Shown: positions 40,484-51,335, counted from the first letter of the whole stretch. The stretch: DNA of 63,840 bases, filler included, from a bacterium (GCA_026985515.1; 7 parts of 7 records of this genome joined end to end with filler, not necessarily neighbours in it); one strand, 5' to 3'. Numbers and translations are program-made. Notes: generated by a model not told the origin, from the sequence alone.

Positions 40484-41298
40484 TCCTCTTTATTACCTCC
40501 TGCGGGTAAACACACAATTTTACCGAGTCTTTTCCAGAACTTTTCACTTCCAGACCCAAAAGGGGGTATCACAAAGTAGTATCCTCTCCCTTTTCTTACA
40601 ATCTTTCCCTTCTCTGAAAGTAAGATTTTCCTTCTCTCAACTGGTGTACCCTCATTTAGAAAGAAAAAACTCTTTTCCGGTACTTCTTCAGAGAAAGAGA
40701 TTATTTCAAGAAGGTTTTCTTCTGCATGAAACCAGCCAAAATTCCCTTCATTTTCCCAGAAGATACCGTAATTCGTCAGATTATCCGGGAAAAGAAATTT
40801 GAAAGAGTAAGTCATGTAGAATAGTTCAGAATCGCATATCTCTGGACTCAGACCGAGGTGAATTACCTTATCATAAGGTTCACCATCAACCTTTGGCTTA
40901 CGGAAAAATGAAGAACTGAGGCTTTCTGCTTTCCTGCCCCTGTGGGGAAAATCAATCCATGGATGGATCCCCCCTAACATCCACTGGTAAATTATCCTAA
41001 GTCGTCCGGGAAATGATTGAGCAAACTCTTCCAGGTCCTTCCAGCCTTTTTCATGCAATTTCTCAAAAATTATCTCTTCAGGAGCTGAAAAATTTAAAAA
41101 TAGAGAGGGCGTGAGAAATGAAAATTCCCTGTTTGTTTCTGGATAATTAGAATAATAAGCAAGAGATAAAAACTGAAGCTTCCACTGAAGAACCTCATCA
41201 TTTCCCAGGGAGAAAAATTTTATGGACACTCCTTGCGTTTCATATTTTTTGAGAAAGTATAAAAAATCCCCATTCACAAGTGCCAGTTTTTTTCCCAT
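40456..41298 (-). CDS. Hypothetical protein
   Basis: 280-aa ORF in operon-like packing; no recognised motif. Confidence 0.55.
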   Translation of the reverse strand: MGKKLALVNGDFLYFLKKYETQGVSIKFFSLGNDEVLQWKLQFLSLAYYSNYPETNREFSFLTPSLFLNFSAPEEIIFEKLHEKGWKDLEEFAQSFPGRLRIIYQWMLGGIHPWIDFPHRGRKAESLSSSFFRKPKVDGEPYDKVIHLGLSPEICDSELFYMTYSFKFLFPDNLTNYGIFWENEGNFGWFHAEENLLEIISFSEEVPEKSFFFLNEGTPVERRKILLSEKGKIVRKGRGYYFVIPPFGSGSEKFWKRLGKIVCLPAGGNKEECMKRFYTE

Positions 41299-41307
41299 CC
41301 TTGAGAT

Positions 41308-41333
41308 AAAAAAAGGGGGATATTAACCCCCTT
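41308..41333 (-). terminator. Rho-independent terminator
   Basis: Minus strand AAGGGGGT-TAAT-ATCCCCCTT followed by a T run, after the hydrolase stop. Confidence 0.7.
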
Positions 41334-41337
41334 CACT

Positions 41338-42012
41338 TCAGATTTCTATTTCTCCATCAACAGGAATAACAATACCTTTGATTCCCTTTTCCTCAACCTT
41401 TCTCACAAACTCCTCGGGATCAGCGCTTATGATATCCCATGTATTGTAGTGCATGGGAATGGCAACCTTTGGCTGAAGGAACTCAGCCGCCTTTACAGCA
41501 TCATCAATTCCCATTGTGAAATTGTCACCTATGGGAAGAAGAGCCGCATCAATATTGTTCATCTCTCCAATCAGTTTCATATCGTAAAACAAACCGGTAT
41601 CGCCCGCATGATAAACGGTCTTTCCACCCATAGTTACGAGAAAGCCGCATGGATTACCAAGCTCGCCCACACCCTCCAGATGTGAACCATGGTGTGCAAT
41701 TGTGAGTTTCACCCTTCCAAATGGATATTCATGTGCCCCACCTATATGCTGAGGACTACCACTTACTCCCTGACTCATTGCATAGCTCACAACTTCGTAA
41801 ACTCCAATAATTGGAGCATTGTTGTTTTTGGCTATCTGGATAGCATCACCAAAGTGGTCACCGTGGGCATGAGTTATGAGAACTGCCTCAACTTTAATAT
41901 CCTCTACCTTTACCTTAGTGTGGGTGTTACCATTGATAAATGGATCGATAATAATGCGGTGTCCATCTGCCTCAAGTTCAAAACAGGCGTGACCATGGTA
42001 AATGATTTTCAT
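41338..42012 (-). CDS. Metal-dependent hydrolase, MBL fold (UPF0173-like)
   Basis: THAHGDH, YHAGDTGLF, LPIGDNFTMG, IPMHYNTW. Confidence 0.92.
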   Translation of the reverse strand: MKIIYHGHACFELEADGHRIIIDPFINGNTHTKVKVEDIKVEAVLITHAHGDHFGDAIQIAKNNNAPIIGVYEVVSYAMSQGVSGSPQHIGGAHEYPFGRVKLTIAHHGSHLEGVGELGNPCGFLVTMGGKTVYHAGDTGLFYDMKLIGEMNNIDAALLPIGDNFTMGIDDAVKAAEFLQPKVAIPMHYNTWDIISADPEEFVRKVEEKGIKGIVIPVDGEIEI

Positions 42013-42084
42013 CTCCTATCCTCCTTCCTGTTTTCTTTTATTTTACCATGAAAAAGAAAGATGTGAATAGAGAACTATGGAATT

Positions 42085-43389
42085 TTACTCCACCTCCCCC
42101 ATCCATTCCACCCGCTTGGAGGAGGTGATTATCACAATCTTTTTAAGTTCTGGCAAACCCTTATCCTTCACATAGGAGGGCAACTTCCTCTCAAGTTTCT
42201 CCGCATACCTCCTTATCTGCTCCTCCGCCTCCTCCCTCAACTTCCTCACCCTCTCCTTACCTATTCCCCTCTTACCACTCCTCACATGCTTTATCTCTAT
42301 CAAATACTCATACTCCGTCAAATCCGTTATCGCCCAGTTCTTGCGAAGATAAATGTCTGAATAACCTCCTCCCGTATCATACTCAGACTCAACTATGTAA
42401 AGAGGTGAAACAGACAGATATGTCATCAGAAACATTTTCACCCCCTCCTCCTTCCAGATAAAATCTCGACTGGATACTATCCTGTAAAATTCAGAGAGAA
42501 GATATTCAAATAGGGGCTTCCACTCTCCCTCAAAAGCAAGTTCCTCAAACTGCACCTTGAGAAAATCAACATCTATCCGCAAATCAAAACTCTCTCCCAC
42601 CGCCCTCCTGATATAATCCCACAGAAGCGTTTCAACTGTTAAATTGGGTATCTCAAAAACATAATTACCACCAGGGGTTATTTCCTTTATGCTTATAAGC
42701 CCAAGATAGTAGAGCAATGACCTGAATTTCTCTCTATCTACTAACTCCTCTATGGAAAAGGAGTCAATGAGAGAACCCTTCGTCTCTCCTGTATCAACTA
42801 TCTCCTGAAGAATGTTGAAATTACCGTTTAAACGGTTGTTCTCTATGACAAGAAACCGCAACTTCTCATAATCTGTTCGGATATTGTGATCTACGGGATC
42901 CTCCCTGAAATCCTCTCCCTTCAAAACTTGATTCATTATATACATCACAATATCTGTGTTGTACACCCTCCTGCTCAGATCCCGGGAAAAGGCATAGTTG
43001 TTGCTGTAATCCTTTATAACCTGAAAAAGTTCCTCTTTCTCCTCTTTACCAACCACACCCTCTGAAATATAGTAATCAATCAGTTGCTCCACCTCCTCCT
43101 CTGTCAAACCCACCATTGTGGAAAACATTTTAAGCGTGGAAATATTATCCCCTATATTCATCCCGCTCGTCACATCACTCAATACGAGGGGACTCACACC
43201 TGTCACAAATAGCTTCTCTATGACCCTGTTCTCCGTCCCATTCTTTATCACCGCAAAGAAACTCCTCAAAAATCCTCCAGCATGAGTTACATCCCTGTAG
43301 TTCAACCTCCCATGCTGCATCAGAATGTTATTGGCAAAATTGTCATACTCATCTATGAGAAGATAGTAACTCACACCTATGTCTGCCAG
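42085..43389 (-). CDS. AAA-ATPase-like / PD-(D/E)XK nuclease protein (5'-truncated)
   Basis: Walker-B-like LLIDEYDNFAN, FVTGVSP, IPNLTV. C-terminal SE...GYSDI...IEIK and EQIRRY. Confidence 0.85.
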   Translation of the reverse strand: MADIGVSYYLLIDEYDNFANNILMQHGRLNYRDVTHAGGFLRSFFAVIKNGTENRVIEKLFVTGVSPLVLSDVTSGMNIGDNISTLKMFSTMVGLTEEEVEQLIDYYISEGVVGKEEKEELFQVIKDYSNNYAFSRDLSRRVYNTDIVMYIMNQVLKGEDFREDPVDHNIRTDYEKLRFLVIENNRLNGNFNILQEIVDTGETKGSLIDSFSIEELVDREKFRSLLYYLGLISIKEITPGGNYVFEIPNLTVETLLWDYIRRAVGESFDLRIDVDFLKVQFEELAFEGEWKPLFEYLLSEFYRIVSSRDFIWKEEGVKMFLMTYLSVSPLYIVESEYDTGGGYSDIYLRKNWAITDLTEYEYLIEIKHVRSGKRGIGKERVRKLREEAEEQIRRYAEKLERKLPSYVKDKGLPELKKIVIITSSKRVEWMGEVE

Positions 43390-43489
43390 NNNNNNNNNNN
43401 NNNNNNNNNNNNNNNNNNNNNNNNNNNNNNNNNTTAATTAATTAANNNNNNNNNNNNNNNNNNNNNNNNNNNNNNNNNNNNNNNNNNNN

Positions 43490-43995
43490 GAAGCATAAGG
43501 AAATTTCGACCCGACCCCGTACCTGATGAGTATATTGAGTTAATCCTGAAAGCTGCAATGGCTGCTCCATCTGCATGGAACAGGCAGCCATGGGCATTTA
43601 TCGTAGTCAGAGATCCGGAGAGAAGAAAAAAGCTTGCTTCTATCCACAGGTATGCCCGAATGTGCGCTGAGGCGCCAGTTGTATTTTCAGTAATTGGCAA
43701 CGAAAGTGACGACAAATGGATTGAGGGGTGTAGCGCGGCAACGGAAAACATGTTGCTGGCTATTCACGCCCTTGGTCTTGGTGCAGTGTGGGTTGACATA
43801 AGGGATGTTTCCTACGGCAGCCCCAATGATGAACTTGTTGCAAAGAGGATCCTTAATGTGCCGGATGGATGGAGAGTTTTAAATTTAATTCCTGTGGGTT
43901 ATCCTGCTGAAATTAAGAAGCCAAGAACCCAGTTTAATCCTGATAAAGTTTTTTATGAAGAGTTTGGGAGAAAATATGAGGGGGTGAAAAGCTGA
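43490..43995 (+). CDS. Nitroreductase family protein (5'-truncated)
   Basis: SIRKF...AAPSAWNRQPWAF, ENMLLAIHALGLGAVW, IPVGYP. Confidence 0.92.
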
Positions 43996-44675
43996 TGGTT
44001 GTTAAAGAAGTTTTAAAATCATTTCCGCTATTTGCCGACCTTTCTGAAGAGGACCTGGAAGATATTGAAAAGATAGTCCATAAAAAGAGTTTTTCAAAAG
44101 GTGAGATAATTCTCTATCAGTTTGATCCAGGTGACTCCCTTTACATTATCTCCCGCGGAAAGGTGAAAGTGGTGCTTTTCAGTAGGGATGGAAAAGAGGT
44201 TTTGCTCTCAACTCTCGGGCCTGGAGAATTTTTTGGCGAGATGGCTCTCCTTGATGGTTTACCAAGATCAGCATCAGTTGTTGCCACTGAGGATTCTGAA
44301 TTGCTTGTATTGAAAAGAAAAGATTTTATTGAACTCATAAGAAACCATCCAGAAATAGCTCTGAGAATTCTCACCATAATGAGTAAAAGATTGAGGTATG
44401 CTGACCAGAAGATAGGAAGTTTGATCCTTATGGATGTGTATGGTAGAGTGGCAAGGGTACTCGTTGAACTTGCCGAAAAAGAGGGAAAGAAAATCAATGA
44501 TGATATAATCATAGAAACAAAGTTAAAGCAGAAAGATATTGCAAGTATGGTTGGTGCGAGCAGAGAAACTGTGTCAAGGGTTTTGAAGGATTTTGTGAGA
44601 AGTGGCTTTATCACCATAGATGGGAAAAAGATAATAATCCACAACGCGGATCTTTCAATTGGCAAGAAGATTTGA
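43995..44675 (+). CDS. Crp/Fnr family transcriptional regulator
   Basis: cNMP pocket FFGEMAL...PRSAS. HTH QKDIASMVGASRETVSR. Confidence 0.95.
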   Translation: MVVKEVLKSFPLFADLSEEDLEDIEKIVHKKSFSKGEIILYQFDPGDSLYIISRGKVKVVLFSRDGKEVLLSTLGPGEFFGEMALLDGLPRSASVVATEDSELLVLKRKDFIELIRNHPEIALRILTIMSKRLRYADQKIGSLILMDVYGRVARVLVELAEKEGKKINDDIIIETKLKQKDIASMVGASRETVSRVLKDFVRSGFITIDGKKIIIHNADLSIGKKI

Positions 44676-45504
44676 AGCTTCGATTCTCACTCCTGCGAAA
44701 CTTAATCTTTTCCTGAGGATCACAGGGGTCAGGAATGATGGATACCATAATCTCTTCTCACTTTTTGTCCCTGTAACACTCTTTGACGAGATAAAGATAA
44801 GAAAAGATAGAAAAATCAGTGGGGAATTTGCTGGTTACGATTTTCCATTTGAAAAAAGCAGTGTTTTCAGAGCAGCCACTCTGTTTTTTTCAGCCACTGG
44901 CATAAGAAGTGGTTGTTACATAAGAGTCAAGAAGGAGATACCGGCGGGAGCTGGTCTGGGAGGAGGGAGCAGTGACGCAGCGGCGGTTTTAAAGTTGCTG
45001 AACCTTCTCTATGGTTATCCTCTTACCAGATCAGACCTGCTTGCTCTTGCATCGAAAGCGGGGGCTGATGTTCCATTTTTTATTTTATCAAGGCCCTCAC
45101 TGGTGGAAGGTGTGGGAGACATTATCCATGAATTTGAAATGCCACTGAAGATCTGGTTCGTGGTAATTTATCCCGGATTTGAATCCTCAACTCCTGAAAT
45201 ATACCGCGAATATGATAATTTGACAGAAAAAAATCAAAACATTAAAATAAAGCAGAATTTTGACTGGAGAGGTTTACTTGGAGAAAATGATCTTGAGAAA
45301 CCTTTCCTTAAAGTTTATTCAGAAGGTAATGAGGTAAGGAAGATGATCGAGAGTACAGGGGGTTTCGATTTTTATGGGCTTACCGGTAGTGGCAGCAGCT
45401 GGTATGTGGCTTTTTTTAACAGAAAAAGGAGGGACGAGTTTCAGAAGAGGTTCTGGAGAGTTTGTAAACCACACTGGCAATGTTTTTCAGTTAACATCTT
45501 TTGA
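44659..45504 (+). CDS. ispE: 4-diphosphocytidyl-2-C-methyl-D-erythritol kinase
   Basis: PAKLNLFL, GYHNL, IPAGAGLGGGSSDAA, GADVPFF, TGSGS. Confidence 0.93.
   Translation: MARRFEASILTPAKLNLFLRITGVRNDGYHNLFSLFVPVTLFDEIKIRKDRKISGEFAGYDFPFEKSSVFRAATLFFSATGIRSGCYIRVKKEIPAGAGLGGGSSDAAAVLKLLNLLYGYPLTRSDLLALASKAGADVPFFILSRPSLVEGVGDIIHEFEMPLKIWFVVIYPGFESSTPEIYREYDNLTEKNQNIKIKQNFDWRGLLGENDLEKPFLKVYSEGNEVRKMIESTGGFDFYGLTGSGSSWYVAFFNRKRRDEFQKRFWRVCKPHWQCFSVNIF
45220..45248 (+). promoter_or_regulatory. Putative promoter inside ispE
   Basis: TTGACA-17bp-TAAAAT within the ispE CDS, upstream of spoVG/tRNA/prs. Confidence 0.55.
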
Positions 45505-45515
45505 AGGAGGTCGTC

Positions 45516-45776
45516 ATGGAAGTAACAGGAGTAAAAATATACCCCGTGGAGAACAATGAAAAATTAAAGGCATTTGTCTCAGTCATTTTTGATGATTGTT
45601 TTGTGGTGAAGGATATCAAGATCATTAAAGGGGAAAAGGGGTTGTTCCTTGCGATGCCAAGTAAAAAGGATAAGAATGGAGTGTATAAGGATATTGCTCA
45701 TCCCCTGAACTCTGAGATGAGAGAGAAACTGGAAAGAATTGTTATTGAAGAATATAATAAAACTGTACAGCAGTAA
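45516..45776 (+). CDS. spoVG: SpoVG family protein
   Basis: KLKAFVSVIFDDCFVVKDIKII...GLFLAMPS...DIAHP. AAGGAGG RBS. Confidence 0.95.
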   Translation: MEVTGVKIYPVENNEKLKAFVSVIFDDCFVVKDIKIIKGEKGLFLAMPSKKDKNGVYKDIAHPLNSEMREKLERIVIEEYNKTVQQ

Positions 45777-45800
45777 AACTCTCTCTAACTGAGATAAGGT

Positions 45801-45876
45801 TGGGGTGTCGCCAAAGTGGCAAGGCACGGGGTTTTGGTCCCCGCATGTGGAGGTTCGAGTCCTCCCACCCCAGCCA
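45801..45876 (+). tRNA. tRNA-Gln (anticodon TTG)
   Basis: Acceptor TGGGGTG/CACCCCA, anticodon arm CGGGG-TTTTGGT-CCCCG, T-loop GGTTCGAGTCC, encoded 3' CCA. Confidence 0.95.
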
Positions 45877-45908
45877 TAAATTTTTTATTTAAAAAGGGGT
45901 GAGTTACA

Positions 45909-46972
45909 ATGCCTGAGGTTCCCAGCAATAAAATGTGGGAAAGACTGCTTCTAATTTCGGGAAATTCCAATAGAGAACTTGCAGAAAGGATTTCCAGGGT
46001 TCTTGATAAACCCCTCGCTGATGCAACAATAAAAAGATTCAGTGANNNNNNNNNNNNNNNNNNNNNNNNNNNNNNNNNNNNNNNNNNNNTTAATTAATTA
46101 ANNNNNNNNNNNNNNNNNNNNNNNNNNNNNNNNNNNNNNNNNNNNGTGAGGTTTGGGTGGAAATAAATGAGAATGTGAGGGGAAGGGAGGTTTTTGTTAT
46201 TCAATCCACCTGTCCTCCCGTAAATGACAATCTAATGGAATTACTCATCATACTTGATGCTCTCAGGAGAGCATCTGCTTCAAAAGTTACAGCTGTGATA
46301 CCATACTACGGGTATGCGAGGCAGGATAGAAAGTCCGCCCCCCGGACCCCCATATCTGCAAAGCTGGTTGCAAATCTTCTTACCGTGGCGGGGGCTGATC
46401 GTGTGGTAACAATGGACCTTCACGCCGGACAGATTCAGGGATTCTTTGACATACCTGTGGATAACCTTTACGCTGCACCTGTACTGCTGAAGTATATAAG
46501 GGAGAATTACGGTAATGAGATAACAGTTGTTTCTCCTGATGCAGGAGGTGTTGAGAGGGCAAGGGCTTATGCGAAGAGATTGGGATGTCACCTTGCAATA
46601 ATTGATAAAAGGCGACCATCCCCCAATGAGGCAGAGATAATGCATGTGGTTGGAGAGATAAAGGGTAAGCTTGCTGTGATTGTTGATGATATGGTTGATA
46701 CTGCAGGTACCCTCACCAAAGCTGTGGAGGCACTGCTTGAAAATGGTGCCACTGAAGTTGTCGCGGCAGTTACCCATCCAGTCTTATCAGGGAATGCTGT
46801 GGAGAGGATAAAAAATTCCCCGATCAAAGAACTGATTGTTACTGACACTATCCCCTTGAAGGAGGAGGCAAAGAAGGTAGAAAAAATAACAGTACTTTCA
46901 GTATCTGAACTCCTGGGTGAAGCAATTAAGAGAATCTTTTACGAAACATCGGTCAGTTCATTATTTGAATAA
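45909..46972 (+). CDS. prs: Ribose-phosphate pyrophosphokinase, interrupted by assembly spacer 46046-46145
   Basis: [10 protein letters not shown]...KRFS before the gap. [36 protein letters not shown] after it. Confidence 0.95.
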
Positions 46973-46997
46973 ACAATAAAAAGCAGGAGAGGTTATC

Positions 46998-47612
46998 ATG
47001 CAGAAGGTTTCTTTGAAGGTGTACAGAAGGGAAAAGGTTGGAAAAGAAGGAGCAAAAAAAGTAAGAAGAGAAGGTTTTGTCCCTGCAGTTATTTATTCTC
47101 CCAATATTCAGCCCACCCCTATAAAAGTAGAACCAAAAGTGATAAAAGAATCCCTTATCAAATATGGGGTAAATACTCTTTTCAGTCTCGAATCTGAAGA
47201 GATTCCGGAATTAAATGGAAAGATGGCCATTGTTAAAGAAATCCAGAGGCATCCCATATCCAGGGAGTATTTACATGTTGACCTGTATGAGGTTGATGTG
47301 AATAAGAAAGTGTATGTTGAAGTACCAGTTGAAGTTGTGGGGAAAGCAGTTGGTGTTGAGAAAGGTGGTATGCTTGAGGTTCTCATGCGAACAATTGAGG
47401 TGAAGTGCTTACCCCTTTCCATACCCGATTCAATAAAAATCGATGTTACCAGTCTGGACCTTGGTGGAGTTATTCATATTGAGGATATAGAGTTTCCAGA
47501 AGGGGTTGAACCCGTAGAGGATCCAAAGGAGCCGGTGATAACTGTTCTCGCACCGGAAGGTGAAGAGGAAGGTGAAGAGGGAGAAGAGGGGGAGGAATCT
47601 GGAGGAGAATAG
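46998..47612 (+). CDS. rplY: 50S ribosomal protein L25 / CTC
   Basis: RREGFVPAVIY, KEIQRHP...HVDLY, GVEKGG, acidic EGEE tail. Confidence 0.95.
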   Translation: MQKVSLKVYRREKVGKEGAKKVRREGFVPAVIYSPNIQPTPIKVEPKVIKESLIKYGVNTLFSLESEEIPELNGKMAIVKEIQRHPISREYLHVDLYEVDVNKKVYVEVPVEVVGKAVGVEKGGMLEVLMRTIEVKCLPLSIPDSIKIDVTSLDLGGVIHIEDIEFPEGVEPVEDPKEPVITVLAPEGEEEGEEGEEGEESGGE

Positions 47613-48188
47613 GTGGAGATTTACATTGTGGGGCTTGGTAATCCTGGACCAGAATATGAATTAACCCGCCACAATATTGGCTTCATAGTTGTGGATAACT
47701 TTGTAGAAGGTGTATTGAAGAGTTCCTGGTTTAGAAAATACAGAGGCTTATATACCTCTGGAGAGGTTAATGGTAAAAAGGTTCATGTCCTCAAGCCCCT
47801 GACATTTATGAATAACAGTGGGGAGTCGGTTAGCATGATGCTTGAAAAGGGAAAGGAAGATTACTCTTCTCTTCTTGTTGTTCATGATGATATTGATATG
47901 GATTTTGGGAAAATTAAGTTTAAATTCAATGGGAGTGACGGTGGTCACAGGGGTGTAAGATCAATTATCAGTCATCTCGGAAGTAATAAATTCTGGCATT
48001 TAAAGATGGGGATAGGAAGAAAGGGTTCTTCAGTGGTTGATTATGTTCTTTCAGTTTTTGATGATGAACAAATGGATTTTTTGAATGATTTTGTTGACCT
48101 GGGTGTAAGGGCTATTGAGGCATTTGTAATCCATGGTCCCCAGAAATCCATGTCTGAATTTAACGGGAAGAGTGTAGTTCTGAACTAA
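47613..48188 (+). CDS. pth: Peptidyl-tRNA hydrolase
   Basis: GLGNPG...TRHNIGF, KPLTFMNNSG, HDDID, GGHRG. Confidence 0.95.
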   Translation: MEIYIVGLGNPGPEYELTRHNIGFIVVDNFVEGVLKSSWFRKYRGLYTSGEVNGKKVHVLKPLTFMNNSGESVSMMLEKGKEDYSSLLVVHDDIDMDFGKIKFKFNGSDGGHRGVRSIISHLGSNKFWHLKMGIGRKGSSVVDYVLSVFDDEQMDFLNDFVDLGVRAIEAFVIHGPQKSMSEFNGKSVVLN

Positions 48189-48205
48189 TCAAAAGGAGGT
48201 TTTAG

Positions 48206-49429
48206 ATGAAAGAAGCAGTTCAGTTAATCTCCTACCTGGTTCCCTTAGGTGGAATACTGGGATTGATTATTGCGGGAATTCTTTATCTCTACCTGAAAAA
48301 GCAGAGTACCGGTAATGAGAGGATGCAGGAAATTTCCGAGATGATCCATGAGGGAGCACTGGCATTTCTGAAGAGGGAATACGCCATTCTTTCAATATTC
48401 ATCATCGTTGTTTTCATTCTTCTATGGGTTGGCGTTGCTCCTCAAACTGCAGTTGCCTTCCTGTCAGGTGCAATCAGCTCTGTTCTGGCCGGTTTCTTTG
48501 GAATGCAGGCTGCAACAAGGGCCAATGTCAGGACAGCGGAAGCTGCAAGGAGCAGTGGACAGGATAAGGCTCTTTTCGTTGCCTTTGTGGGTGGTTCAGT
48601 TATGGGTCTTTCCGTTGCGAGTCTTGGTTTACTGGGTGCAGGAATTTTTTACATTATTTTCAAGGATCCAAGCACTGCAAAGTACATAAATGGTTTTGCC
48701 ATGGGTGCATCTTCAATTGCTCTTTTTGCAAGAGTTGGAGGCGGAATCTACACAAAAGCAGCGGATGTGGGTGCTGACCTTGTGGGGAAAGTAGAGGCTG
48801 GAATCCCGGAGGATGACCCGAGAAATCCCGGGGTTATTGCTGATAATGTTGGTGACAATGTTGGTGATGTGGCTGGCATGGGAGCAGATATATTTGAATC
48901 CTATGTTGGATCAATGATAGCGACAATAGCGCTGGCTGCGACTCTGAATGATAACGCCATAAGAAGCCTGATCGGGTCTGCTGATACTCTTCACAGACAG
49001 ATACTGATGCTCCTTCCTCTTTTCATGGCACTCCTTGGTATTGTTTCTTCCTGGATCGGAATAGCTGCAATGACCATATTTAAAAAGATGGATCCCGCAG
49101 CAGCCCTGAGGTATGCAACAATCTTTGCCGCTATCCTCTTTCTCATCTTTGCATATCTTGGAATTTCCTATTTCAATGTAAGCACCGGAGTTTTCTGGGC
49201 AATTTTCTCAGGAACTTTAACGGGAATCTTAATCGGATTGATAACCGAGTACTATACCTCCTCCGGACCAATTTATAAAATTGCAGCAGCAAGCAAAACT
49301 GGTCATGCAACGAATATCATTCAGGGACTTGCAGTTGGTATGGAGAGCACGGCAGTACCAGTTCTTGTAATTGCCGCTGCAATTTATGTTGCCTATGCAA
49401 CGGCAGGTCTTTACGGTATTGCAATTTCT
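48206..49429 (+). CDS. hppA: Membrane-bound Na+/H+-translocating pyrophosphatase (3'-truncated)
   Basis: [31 protein letters not shown]...DNVGDNVGD. Confidence 0.95.
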
Positions 49430-49529
49430 NNNNNNNNNNNNNNNNNNNNNNNNNNNNNNNNNNNNNNNNNNNNTTAATTAATTAANNNNNNNNNNNNNNN
49501 NNNNNNNNNNNNNNNNNNNNNNNNNNNNN

Positions 49530-51227
49530 TATTGATGCAGGTATGGTAATGCTCAACTCGTAAGAATTTACCCAGGAAACCATTCCTTCATTCATAGCAT
49601 CGTGGGAAATTAACATGTATCTTCCGGCTCCCGTGTACATTTTTTTTGAGAACCTGACCAGTATCTCCCCTTTTTTGAGAATGGTATACTCAGGCGGATC
49701 CACTTTTATGGAAGGCAGCCCCTTTCCCGATGTTAAAAAAAATACTTTCCCTGTACCACCCTCTTCATATTTGAGGACCAGTGAAACCTTTCTAACTGAA
49801 GGAAGTGCATGATCAGGCACAAAAATATATTTTCCATTTCCGGGTCTCAGCAGCACTCCTTCGATCTTTCTCTTACCTGTCGTGATATAGGCCTTTTTCA
49901 CACTCCTTTTTGAATAGAATTCCAGGGGCAAAAGGGGATTAACCACGGAAGGAACTTTGACCTCAAAAGAAGAAGTTTCAAAGGAAGTTCCTGCTAATCT
50001 TCCGGGTTCCAGCCAGGAAGATTTTGAGGTAATGGTAACATGAAATGAATAATCTGTTATATTACCCGCATAATCCTTTATCTGAAGGTAAATTAAATGG
50101 GTGCCAGGGGTGGAGGGTACGGGAAAACTCACCATACTGTTGTAATTCAGCCATGGGGAAAGATTCTGATCCGTTATTTTATATCCATACCTCCAGCAGC
50201 AAAGAGGAGAAAGTTCATCGGTTACTCTGTCCATGTAAAGATACGCAATGGGGGAAGTTGAGGGTATTTCGTAACCCTTCAAATAAACTGGACCAGCAGG
50301 GGGAGATCTATCATAGACGATGTAGCCTTCTCCCGTCTTCGAAACATTACCTGCCATATCGCGGGCAGAAATTATGTACCAGTATCTTCCCTCCTCTGAA
50401 ACTGGCATATCGTAATAATCCAGAACTTTTACAGACTTCCATGGTCCGAAAAAGCTCTTTTCTCCTGAGAGAAAAGTTATCCTGTATGACGAAAGCATGT
50501 AGTTATCCTTCACATCCCGCAGGAAAACCTGAAGTTTCCTGGAATTTGTAAATGGTTTGCTGTATGGTGGAAACTGGTTGATATAGGCAGTTCCAAATGG
50601 AGGTGTTAAATCAAGTATGATGTTATCTGAAGCTGTGGATCTATTGCCGGCTTCATCTTTGAACTGAACAGTTACAGAATGAACTCCCTCAGAATGTTCT
50701 GAAATTTTAACTGTAAAAAATGTAACTGGTGAAGACCAGTTGCTCCACTCTCCATTATCCACCCTGTATCTCATCCACTTCACTTCTCCATTGTCAAACC
50801 ACTCAACCTTCACATAGAGAAGAAATTGATTTGTGTAGCCCTCATCGTTGTTTATTGTAACGCTACCTGCAGGAGGCTCTGTATCTGGATTCAAGGGATC
50901 TGTACCGTTTTTAACCTCCACTCCATCAGGAATTCCATCTCCATCTGTATCAGGATTGAGGGGATCAGTGCCAAGCTTCTCTTCCTCTTCATCACTCAGT
51001 CCATCATTATCATCATCCGTGTCCTCATTGTCCCCAATACCATCACCATCTGAATCTTTCCACTCCTTCGGGTTATGTGGAAAAGCATCAAGATAATCCG
51101 GCACACCATCTCCGTCGCTGTCAATGGTTTTTTTATTGACCGATTTCTCCTTGTGACATGAATAGAAAACCACCGATGATGTTAAAATAAATGCAAAAAT
51201 TACAAAGACAGAGGTAAACTTTTTCAT
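49530..51227 (-). CDS. Lipoprotein with TSP3-like Ca-binding repeats and tandem Ig-like domains (3'-truncated)
   Basis: Lipobox [19 protein letters not shown]...[13 protein letters not shown]. Repeated DxxPP...D(E/M/Y)AGN Ig-like units. Confidence 0.75.
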
Positions 51228-51299
51228 CGATTCATATTATACCATATATTCCGAACTTTTACACATCCATGAGCCGTAATTAATCCAGTTTACAGGGGC

Positions 51300-51327
51300 T
51301 TGACATAAATTAAGTGTAAAGTAAAAT
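51300..51327 (+). promoter_or_regulatory. sigma70 promoter of diguanylate cyclase
   Basis: TTGACA-16bp-TAAAAT, 8 nt before ATG 51336. Confidence 0.65.
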
Positions 51328-51335
51328 TCATTAAA

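Noticed and set aside
45801-45908. tRNA as an integration site for an island
   Set aside because: No integrase or duplicated tRNA 3' end was seen; prs follows directly.
45579-45970. Minus-strand ORFs over the tRNA
   Set aside because: Antisense translations of tRNA-Gln and spoVG.
45909-46972. prs as a pseudogene or split gene
   Set aside because: The break coincides exactly with an assembly spacer and both halves are intact.
47556-47609. GAAGGTGAAGAG tandem-like repeat
   Set aside because: Encodes the ordinary acidic tail of L25/CTC.
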